Origin: Hamiltosporidium tvaerminnensis FI-OER-3-3
Taxonomy: Eukaryota > Fungi > Microsporidia
Length of the DNA: 64,000 nucleotides
Direction of reading: 5' to 3'
NCBI GenBank assembly: GCA_022605425.2
Contig: CM061255.1
Location: forward strand, 62,001 to 126,000
The notes below the pieces were generated by a model. The model was not told where the DNA came from. It did no database searches and saw nothing but the letters and a program-made list of their open reading frames with translations. How positions within the stretch are numbered: position 1 is the first letter of the stretch; the number at the start of each line of letters is the position of its first letter. The position numbers and the translations under genes were made by a program. This document shows positions 50,701 through 61,551 of the stretch, in pieces.

Positions 50701-53471
50701 CATATTTTTTTGTTTAAAAAAATATGAAACTCATACTAAGAAACGTTTACCAAGAAAACTTTTATTGTCTAGTTTGACCACAATTTGCAAATTCTCAAAT
50801 ATAAATAGTTCCTGGTTTTGATCGCCAAACTGATATAAGTACTGAAATAATTTTAGTTGGTTATATATCTATAGAAAAACACTCTGGATTTACCGACAGA
50901 ACCATAAAGATAAGTATAATTGATTCTTTTTTAGAAACTATATATCGAAACATTTTGTTCAAATATTTTTATGAGGTTATTGACGCGTAAATACGTTGTT
51001 TTTGAATTTTTTTTCTTGAATTAGTCCCTGATTGAAATTGGCTATATTCGTTGAAAAGGTTGACAAATCCCCAAAAATATACTAATATGTGCTTTTATGT
51101 TCAATGCGCTTATTTTAGACTCGATTTTTTAATTATTTCAAAAATATTTTCTATATTTCTATAGTTTAACGGTTTGGAGTCAATAAATTAATCCCAAGTA
51201 ATTTCATTTAGCTTTTTCAAGATCAAACTTTTGTTATAATTTTTTACAATCGAATTTAAGCATTTTTAGTAGAAATTGTAGGTAGTCTTTTCGTTTGGCC
51301 TCTATAGTTTTACGTAAAATACTTATTTTCTTAATTTTTCTTTAAAAAATACTTGCAGATCTATTCTACTGTGCAATAATACTAACAATCGATACGTTTT
51401 TTTACGTTTAAATAAACAAAATGAACTATAAAATTAATAAAAGAATATTTTATACATTAGCTATGTCTTATAAATTTTATATAAAAGAAACTTAAGTTAA
51501 TATGCATTTGAGGAAAATATTGCTGAGTTTGAATATGGAATATCAAATTACATAGGTTTATTGATTTTGTTCAAACCTAAAAACAGTTTGCCATGTCTCT
51601 TTCTATATTTTGCAATTTAAATGCTAATAATACTTTCGCATTATTGTATTATAAATCTAATCGTAAACATCATAAGTCTAAAGTCAATTTCTTTCGTATT
51701 TCTTTGCATGAAAAAAATTTTGCAAGTTTAGTAACCTTTAATTATTTTTTAGAGCTCAATAGACTTTCTGTTTTATGCTTATAGAAACGATCGAATCTTC
51801 TGTCTTTTAATAATCAAATATATTCATAATACGTAACATTTATTTTTAGTTAGTTTTTAAGCAATCGTATCTATATTTAATCTTAAATACGTGAAATTTT
51901 TCGATGCATTTTTAGATGTGAATTTACATATTTATAAATATCAAACAAATCTTTAAAATTTATCATTATAAAAAATTTCATTTTGATCTTACGCTTTTAT
52001 TTAAAAATTTTATGTATCGGTAGTCCTAGAAGAATTAAACTTGAAATCTTGACTCATAAATATATCTTAGCTTTTCAGAATTGGAAGATAGCAGACAACT
52101 TAAATATTATTTTAAATCACAGGTTTAAATATTAATGATATTCATATAACACTTTAAAGAAAATGCATAAAATTTATTAAGATAATGTTTCTTTTTGAAA
52201 TTATTTTTATTTATAATGATAGTATTCGTGTTCTCAATTCATAATAAATAATTTGCAAAAAGGATAATATTTTTTACAATATTTGATTTCGTATTTTTTT
52301 GCGATGAATCTTACAAATTAAATAAATATTTTATAAGTCCATTAAATATTTTAGTTTGTGATTAAGTCATAAATTTTATATTGAAACGTAAATACATTTT
52401 ACCTTATTATTTTACAACTACTTGTATTTTTAGTAAATTTACTATTTTATTTCTATAGATTCGAATTTATGAAGTAAAAAAAAGTTCAGGTCAAAGATAC
52501 ACCAATTATTTTATAAAGAATTATCATCATTTGAAATAACTGAATCAAAATATTTTTTTTTGGTAGATTCTTACTCAATTCGTAAATTGTTTTACAAATT
52601 AAAAGAAATAACTTAAATATAAATACTGTTAGCTAGGATTGTATAAATTCTATCTTAGGTAAATCTCTGGTTGTTTTTATAACCTAATTGTGTGGTTTTT
52701 TTATATTGCGGATCAAATTAAAGAAAACTATAGTGTTTTTTATATCTTTATTTTAGTAAATATTTCTTAAAAAAGGCAAATGTAATGCTAATCTGGTATT
52801 AAAGCAAGCCATTTTATATTCTGAAAATATATATCATGAATTTTTGTTTTTTAAAAAAGTTATTTTGCTTCTTTTGCAATAAGAATTCTAAATTTTAAGC
52901 TTAACATTATATTTGATGCATGCAAAAATTTAATTCGAAGTATAATTTAAAATACACAAGAAAGTATATGATTTTGAGTGGATTTTGTCGTTCCTATGTT
53001 TAAGAAATTTTATATATTATTGTTTGAATACGAAATATTGCTTAAAATGTCTGTACTTTATTCTATAAAAATGATCATTTGTCTCATACCCTAAAATTTA
53101 TTGTTTAAAAGTTTTTTCCCGCAGCAATAATCTAATTTAAAAAGTAATAATCTTTGATTTTTTTATGGATTCTTCCGGTTAATTTATGAAACACTTAAGA
53201 TCGGTTGTGCTTCTGGTGTGTTAGATCACTCGGATAAGAAGCTTAATATGTTTATAACACTTATTTGCAAAAACATTTATTGAATTTATTTGTGGTTTTT
53301 CTTTAAGAATTTTTTTGCATGGAAAAACAAGGATTAAACTTCCTTAAAAAAATCATCTTGTTATTGTTCAATTCAATTTTATTAAATATTAAATTATCTA
53401 AAGCCTGCAAAATCTCATTTATTCAGATATAAAAAACATTTTTTGCGAAGTAAATTAAAATCGGTATAGTT

Positions 53472-56400
53472 TAATAACTAAATCTACAGCGTTACAGCCT
53501 TTGGAGAGCTCGGGCCTTCTTAACAATTCTTATCCGTTCTTCTCTATTATGCACCAAGTTTTTCCATTGCAAGACATTGAGTTTTCTTAGATCATTTTAC
53601 GCCTCATCTAGTCATCTTTTTCTCGGTCATTCTCGTTTTCTCTTACCTTCGTGTGCAGATATAAGAATTTTGCCAACAGCTTTTTTCGTCGACATTCTTT
53701 CTACCTGCTTTAGCTATCAAAGTCTTCTCTGTCTTAAAGGGTAATCAAATTTGTTTTCTCATAGAGCTCGTAACTTTCTAGATTTGTTCTAATTCCCTAC
53801 TTGTCATTTTGAAATATGAGGCTGTATATTCTTCTTGGTATCATTCTTTCACATATGTCTAGCAGGGCCTAGTCTCTTTTTGTCATCACCAGAGTTTTGA
53901 AGGCATACAATACAACCTATCTTATAATCGCCTATAAATTTGCCTTTTCATACTTCGATTCAACAGGTTTAACCTTAGTAATCGTTGCAGAGCAAAGTAG
54001 GTCTTGTTACCTGCTTTTATCCTTTCTCAAATCTCAAAAGTATTTATGTTATTCTCGTTCAGAAGGGATCCCAGGTATTCGAAGCTTGATACTCCGTCAA
54101 ATATATATTAATCAATTTTTAAAGAGATCTTCGTGTATTCATGGATTAAGGACATGACCATATATTTTATTTTGCTTTGATTATTTTAAGTCTAGCTTAT
54201 CCTAATTCCAACGCTAATGTTCGCAAAATTAATTCTATATCTTCCTGTTTTCTTCCCAAGATGACCAGATCATCTGTATATGCTTATATGGTGTGATTCC
54301 ATTAAATATTGTAAAATCAGTTTATTTTGCCAACTTTCGCATTATTCCTTCTAGCATGAAATTGAACATTTCGCAAGATAATGTATTGCCTTGTCTTGAT
54401 TCTATATTAATGCTAAAATCACTAAATTTTTACGTTTTAACAATACCTTTCTTTTTGTTTGCATTTGTGTCATTTGGATTAAACAAATAATTTTCATAGG
54501 AATTTAAAAATTTCTAAGTGTTCTATACAGAAATACTGAATCCATACTGTCATAAGCTTAGTGTTGGCCTACAAAAAGATTATAAGCTGTATTTTGTATG
54601 CATAGCCTATTTAAAGCATCATTCTTATAGCAAAGATTTTATCCTTTGTTGATCGATCACTTTTGAATCTATATTGATAATCCCGAAGAGCCCTTCCTGC
54701 GTATGGCTCTGATCTTTTTCAAGTTAGTTTCGTGAAAATTTTGTATTATATAATCAGAAGAGATGCGGCCCTGTGTTGGATCCTCGTCTTTTTAATCCTT
54801 TTTTATGAATAGAAAGTATTAGACCAATATTCTTTTCAATAGGTAGATATCCCTGAATCCATATTTCTTTGATTAAGTTATGAAGGGTGAAATAAAGAAT
54901 TCTCCTTCATATTTGAAAAGTTTGGCTGTGAGCTTGTCTTCATCAGGCGCCTTATTATAGCATCTTTTGCCGCAGCCAGTGTTGGCTCTAGAACAATTGT
55001 TTTTTATTCTTCGATAAGATCATTATTTTCTTTCATAAATTTCTCTTTTATTATGTTTTCGCTTCACGTTTAATGTTAGAATATAGATCCTTTCTAAAAT
55101 ATTTTCCCCACTCGTTATAATTTTTTTTGGATCCGTAAGTAAAAATCCTTCGGTACTTTCTACAATATATTTAGTGGTAGACATCTTTCCTGGTTCCTTA
55201 TATTTAAGATATTTTTACGAATCGCTTTGTTTAAAGCCAATTTTTGTTATCATTCGGATCTTATGTGCTTCTCTTAGGCTTTTCTGCTTTCCTAGAATAT
55301 GTGATGCGTTCTTCCTTTTTCGGCTGAACTCTTGCGAGGTGTTTCCAATTTTTTCTTGTAGCGTTTTTAATCTAGCCAATTTTTGATCCTCGATTACATC
55401 AACGCTTTCTTAATCATACCAGGTGTCTTGCTATTCGTATTCCTTATATTCCAGTAGTACATCCGCTGCTTGTTTAATTGATTCTTTAACGCGAATCCAA
55501 TGTATATTTCCCTCATCTTGTAATTCCTATGTATCTTCGCTCAAGCATTTATTCATTTTATTGGCAGATTTTTCCTATGAGTGAATGTCTTGCAATTTTT
55601 CGCAATCGTATCTTTAAGATTTTGGATTCTTTGTTGTTTTGATTTTCACTATGCGCTGTTATATTGTAACCTTAGTAGGAAATGATCGCTATCTATGTCG
55701 ATCTCTCTATAATTGCGTACATCAAAAACACTTGATACATGTCTATAATCTAAAAGTATGCGGTAAACTTGGTTATGCTTCTCTCCATCCGGTGAACGCC
55801 AAGTATATTTATGTATTCTCCTATGCGGAAAAAAGCCGCTGGAAACAGGCATATTTTTGCATACTGCGAAATCATCAAAGCCTATACCATTATTTTTAGA
55901 TTCTAAGTGAATGCTATTTCATATTATTCTGGTTTGTTTATTGTTTCTGTGCCTATTTTGGCATTAAGGTCTCCTATAACAATTTTTATGTCATATCGAA
56001 AAGATTTTCATGTATATCTTCTAATCCATCATAAATTCTGTCATTTTCATCTTCGTTTGCATCACATTCTGGTACATGTACACATATCAAGTTAGTGTTA
56101 AAGAATCGACCTTTTATCCTAATTGAACATAGATATTCGTCTATAGGCTTTTAATCCAAAATCCTATTTAATAAATTGTTTTCCACCGCAAAGGCAGTTC
56201 CAGATGTATGATTTGTATTTACACTGTAAAATTCAGTCTATTTTTTTGTTTTTTAAGTGTCAGTTCCTTTCGATGTACTTATTGCAGAGCCACGTTATCC
56301 ATATTATATTTCTCCAGTTTCTACGTAAGATTAGCTAATGCTCCTACACGCAAAAGGCTGCCTACCTTCCACGTTCCAATATTTTCTTATATATTTTTTC

Positions 56401-56570
56401 TTGTGCTTATGTTTCTTGTAAGAATTTTTTTTATTTATTCCTCGTTTAATTTTGGTTTCGAAGCATAATGATTTCCCGAGATAGAGTCGTTGACCTTTTG
56501 CTCCAACCCTCCTTCTTTATCTGGGCTTGAAACCGGCAGATTGTGACATAGCATAGGCTTTGGCGGAGTT
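53472..56570 (-). mobile_element. Full-length but decayed RTE-clade LINE (APE endonuclease + reverse transcriptase, many stops and frameshifts)
   Basis: Minus-strand remnants. Endonuclease: IGTWKVGSL...KLEKYNMDNVALQ, GDLNAKIG, KYTWRSPDG...NQV...DIDSDHFLL. Reverse transcriptase: APDEDKLTAKLFK, AYDS, RQGNTLSCEMFNFMLE, AYTDDLVILG. RTE-type 3' end AGGCCCGAGCTCTCCAAAGGCTGTAACGC. Degenerate 13-bp TSD AATCGGTATAGTT (53459-53471) / AATTGGTATTGTT (56571-56583). Confidence 0.93.
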
Positions 56571-56576
56571 AATTGG
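56503..56576 (-). ncRNA. Twister ribozyme (type P1) at the 5' end of the RTE LINE, partly decayed
   Basis: Minus strand: CCAAU-UAA-CUCC-GCC-[insert]-GCCGG-UUUC-AAGC-CCAG-AUAAA-GAAG-GAGGG-UUGG, against the canonical eukaryotic twister UAA-P2-GCC...GCCGG-UCCC-AAGC-CCGG-AUAAA-P2'-GAGGG-P1'. There are four C>U or G>A departures. Confidence 0.82.
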
Positions 56577-57639
56577 TATTGTTGGAGTTCCTAAAATTCA
56601 CTGTATAGCCTATTGTTCAATTTAAGAGCTTCGATTTTAGCATTACTCAGGCCATTTGGGCTAAACCTAATATAAATAATACATTTGGATTATTTCTCAA
56701 AAGAAAAAATATTTCTAAACAACTGAAATTCAAAACGCTTCAGTTGCAATTCTCGCAAATTCTAAATTACAGTTTATTTATTCTACACTTTTTAGTTAAT
56801 ATTTGTATTTTTTTCGGAATTAAAACAATTATTCGAATTATTATCAAAATTTTTCTATATTTAATTTGTATTCTTAACTAAAAATATTTGTAAATAAATA
56901 TCCTACAATTTATTTTCTCTTAAATATTTGCATTTCTCTTGCAGTATGTTTTTATATTTTGACTTCTCAAATATTGAAATACGCACGTCATTATTTGCAT
57001 ATTAAAAATCGTTATCTACAATTTAATTTTGTCATCATAAAAATCGCTAATTTTATATTCAGAAAACCATGTTTTGGGTTCAAATTGCATTTAACTGTTT
57101 TTATTTGCCCTTATTGGCTTTTTTTAGAGTTAATTTTTATGAAATGAACAATTTTGCAATCTATATGTTATCATATTGGTTTGCTTATATTAAAACTCAT
57201 TTAATTCGAAAACATTTTCAAAAAGGCGATATTTCATTAAAGAGATTGGTTATTGAAATACTTTTTGGTTTTTTATGAAATTGGCTCTTAAAACTATAAA
57301 AAAAACGTAGTTAAGATATCTTTGGAGATTTATATCATTGTTTTAAAAAAATTGCTTGGATTATAATGGGACCGCCTGTATAAAGTCTTGGTTAATTTGT
57401 TTTTTTAAATATATAATTTCAACTCTTATATAAACATAACTTAGATGTTATTCCGAGAATTTTCGAATGATTTAAGCGAGTTTATCAATAAAATAGCAAA
57501 TGAATGCACATTTTTTTTGTTCCGGTAACAAACCATAAAATTAATTTAACAAAATTTAATAAATATTTTAGTATTTTTCAATAGTTAAGCAAATAATTCA
57601 AAAAAATGAAAAAGAATTTTAATATAATTTTAACCAGTT

Positions 57640-58336
57640 TTACTTGATAAATATCACATTATTTTTGAAGAAGCAGCTGTTATGTCTTTTTCATGAAATA
57701 AATACGGTTTTTGGTCCTAAATAAATGCCTGCTATCTCACACTCCATCTCTATATATACCTAAATCAAAAATATTTTATATAAAAGATGAGCAGATTTGA
57801 TTTTATTGGCAAAGCAATTGCTCTAAATGTGTCAATTTTTGTTTTCTGATATATATAAACGCGAGCCAAACCCAACTCTGGTCTGTCCAAAGACCTGCAG
57901 CATCATCTCTCACTTTGCACTTACCGACTTAATAAACTCTTCGCTAAAATATTATCTTTTGATCATATTGAATCATCTTAGACTGTTCAATTGCATATAA
58001 ACGTACCTAGCCTGGTGCCGGTTTGCGGCATTTTAATGGAATTTTTTTTCTTCCAGGCGCCATGCCCCCAGACGCGTAAGCCTGAATTTCTATACCTTTA
58101 CATGGTATTTACTCACAGGTTAAATGTGATATGTAATTTTCTAGAGTTAGAACTACAACCAAGTTAATATAAAACGTATACTTTTTTGCAGACCTCTCTT
58201 TCTTATGGGAAATAAGATAGGCGATTATAAAGTTAGCAAGATTTTTATTCTATCAAAATTGCAAAAAAATATTTTTCTACCTATTTTACATTAAATTTAC
58301 GAAGCAGATGATTTATAAGTTTTTATCACCCGCCAT
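57640..58336 (-). mobile_element. Family L structured non-coding retroposon, copy 6 (old, highly degenerate)
   Basis: Collinear anchors on the plus strand: AAATATCACAT, TTTTCATGA, ATAAATGCCTGCTA, CACTCCATC, CAAAGACCTGCAGCAT, AATAAACT, CCAGGCGC, TTTACATGG, AGACCTCTC, AAGCAGA, TTATCACCCGCCA. Confidence 0.75.
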
Positions 58337-59494
58337 CATATGATTTAAAACTGTATTTAACGAAATATTCAATATAGAATAGTTTTTTACGATCAAAGCT
58401 TAAAATTTTAGCAAATAAATACATCTTTCACTTTTTAATTTACAATTATTTAATATAGTTTATATAAAGTAAATAAATCATTAAAACCATAAATAAAAAA
58501 TGAAATGATTAAGTGTATTTAAAATCCGTAATAATACTTTTTAGGAAAAACGATCTGAAGACTGTTATTAAAAAATAATTTATATTTATTCTTATTTTGG
58601 TAATATCACAATATATAAGGCTATATCGGAACGTATTTTACGAAAATAACGATTATTTTTATTTTTTTTACACTTGATTCGATATTCTTTGCTCGTATTT
58701 TTTGAATCGTATTTCTAAGAATTACATTTTATATATTTAAACACTTCTAGCTAACATCTCTATTATTTAACGATATCTTTTACTTGCCGTTAAGTATCAA
58801 AATTTTTTTAATAGATTATATTGTATTTTCTTTAATTCGGCCAGAATGTAAAGTCTTATTGGAATAAACCGTGAAAAATGGTTTTTTTATTTACAAAAAT
58901 TCAGATGTAAAAAAACGTATGAAATTACAGTTCATTATTAAATTGATTGTCTATATTTGAGCTACAAAGATAATTTTATTTAGTAACAATGTTCGTTTAA
59001 ATAGCCAGAGATCATCAGAATCAATTTCTAAGTTTTAAAAAGCATTTTTATATAATTTCTTTCCTTAAAACAAAACTATGTGCATGGCTTTGCCTATTTA
59101 TCGTCCCGTAATTGTTGAAAAAGGTGAATCTAAATTCTTTTTGAAGGTCTATTTAATTTTTTATAGAGAAATACAGATAACTTTGTATTTCATTGAACAA
59201 TGCTACAGTCTTCTTAATATATTTAAAGATTAATACTCCAAAATGATTTATTTTTTATAATACATGCAATCTTTCTTTATATAAATATATAGCTTAGACA
59301 ATAAAAAATATCTGTTCGTGCCTGAAATTTTAGTTATAAATAAGTTTTACTCGAGATAATAATATATTTCTAAATTTATATAAATTGATTGTAATTTGCT
59401 TTTTCTCATCGTAAATACGAATCTAAAACTAGATTTTAATGGTTTATATTTCCAACGCAGTCCAAAACCAAATTTAACTAGTTAGATATCCGAT

Positions 59495-59725
59495 TTCCCA
59501 ATCATTCTGGGTGCAGAATTGGCTTGGTGTATGCTTTGCTTGACGTAAGAAGAGACTAAAAGTAACTGGTCTTCAAAGTAGGGAAGGGTGTAAATCTAAC
59601 AACTCCCTTTATCCCATTTGTTACGAAACCCAAAAAAGTAAACAAACCCGGTGGAAAAAGACCGGTGGAAGTATTACTGAGGATATATGGCTCTTGCAGA
59701 GCCGTAGTGCCGAGAATGAATGAAT
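59495..59725 (+). mobile_element. Family R bipartite non-autonomous RTE derivative, copy 3 (10-bp TSD)
   Basis: Collinear with the other R copies and ends GCCGTAGTGCCGAGAATGAATGAAT. TSD GATATCCGAT at 59485-59494 and 59726-59735. Confidence 0.9.
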
Positions 59726-59955
59726 GATATCCGATATCAAGTCAAGACGTTTTTATTATACTCTTCCATTTGTAAAATTCTAAGTTTTAATTTTCATCTT
59801 TTTTTTATTCATAACTTTTATTTACAGAATAATTATTTTACTCATTAAATTGTAGGTTAAAAAAATTTCCCTTGCTTTACTGTACTTTCCTCCCCACACT
59901 ATATTTTTTTTTCCAAAACTTACTCTTCATTTTTAATTAAAGTCAATTTTTCTAA

Positions 59956-60180
59956 GTGAAGAGAGAATAGTCACATGCAAAACTATCTGCTTGGCAATGA
60001 GTCAATAACATTTGTATTTAAATCATTTCTACCATTTTTTGGATATAAACTACAATGAATTTATAGGGGATCCCCTATAATCTAAAATTACAACCGAGTA
60101 AAAAAAAATATGTAAAACTTTCAGTTGTTCCTCCTCGATATCAAAAGATAAAAGAGGAATGGAATAGGAAAGTAACTAAG
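59956..60180 (+). mobile_element. Family S short SINE-like element, copy 4
   Basis: Head GTGAAGAGAGAATAGTCACATGCAAAACTATCTGCTTGGCAATGAG, body CCCTATAATCTAAAATTACAACCGA, and 3' end TGTTCCTC...GAGGAATGGAATAGGAAAGTAACTAAG. Confidence 0.8.
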
Positions 60181-60643
60181 TATATTTTCGTATCTAAAAT
60201 AGAGAGTATCTTATTTCATGTATTTAATGCCATCTTATTCGATAGTACATGTTTTAAAACAAGTATTGGTTGTTTATACATCTCAACCCCTTCAATAACA
60301 CTAAATGAATGTCTATTCGGAATTCAGTCCTGACTTAAGTCTTCTCCGTTCAACAAAAAAAATTGTCTCGGTTGTCTTCTTAATTACAATCTATTGTAAA
60401 TATGCCTTTACATTCATGAGTATTTGCAGTCTTTTAAGATACTTTTATTTTATTTTGTCACAATACCGTCTCAGGTTATCACATAAGGAATTATCTCTAC
60501 ACTAAACTTGCAAATAAGCACAAGCCATTTGCAAATAAGCCATATATTCTTAGCTTTTCAGTTTCAACCATTTAAAGTGAGTCTTGAGAAAGTAATTCCT
60601 ATTTCAATGAGTGTTATCTTATTTTTCCTCTTATCTAAAATAA

Positions 60644-60769
60644 ATATTCCTATTCTATTATCCTTATTCTATTATTTCTATTCTATTATTCCTATTCTAG
60701 TATCCTTATTCTATTATTCTTATTCTATTATTTCTATTCTATTATCCTTATTCTATTATTCCTATTCTT
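60644..60769. repeat. Low-complexity tandem repeat (TATTC-based, ~39-bp higher-order unit)
   Basis: About three units of TATTCCTATTCTATTATCCTTATTCTATTATT(T)C. Confidence 0.7.
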
Positions 60770-61079
60770 AAAAATTAATAATAAAAATCCTCAATTCTGT
60801 TTATAAGGGTAAGATTTGGTAAGAAAAAAATACTTTAAACTCAATAACTACTAATAGTAACTCATCCTATCAACTTAAACCTTTGACACTGCTTTAACGC
60901 ACTTTTATTCTACTTTTTAATTAAATACTTCAAAACCTAAAAATAACAAAAAATATCCATTTATGCTCTAAAAACTTTAAATTTTATTAATTTTTTACTT
61001 TGAAAAGTAAAATTGTATTTTATGCTTTAAAACTATAAAATTACATTTGTACGAATTACACCTCCTAGTATTTCTAATT

Positions 61080-61548
61080 GTTTAACACCCCTTTAGTTGC
61101 TATTATTTCTTAATACTTAACACCCCTTTACTTCCTAGTATTCCATAATACTTCACACCCCTATATCCATACTATCAACTACTGTTACCTAAAACCCGTT
61201 TACCACCTATTAATATTTCTTAATATTTAACACCCTCTTAGTTACTAAATGTATTTCATGTTATTTAACACCCATTTATCTCCTAATAATATTCCTTATT
61301 CATTAACACCTTCTTAGTTACTACATGTATTTCATGTTATTTAACACCCATTTATCTCCTAATAATATTCCTTATATCATTAACACCCCTTTATCTCCTA
61401 TTAATATTCCTTATTCATTAACACCCCTTTATCTCCTATTAATATTCCTTATTCATTAACACCCCTTTATCTCCTATTAATATTCCTTATTCATTAACAC
61501 CCTCTTACTTCCTATATGTATTTCTTATTATTTAACACCCCTATATCC
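61080..61548. repeat. Minisatellite array with TTAACACCC core downstream of the HEAT-like gene
   Basis: About 12 units of roughly 38-40 bp, e.g. TTAACACCCCTTTATCTCCTATTAATATTCCTTATTCA. The core is the reverse complement of that in the 3019-3380 array. Confidence 0.85.
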
Positions 61549-61551
61549 CTA

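Noticed and set aside
53897-56468. Plus-strand ORFs across the RTE region
   Set aside because: Antisense to the decayed LINE ORF. Only the minus-strand fragments carry endonuclease or RT motifs.
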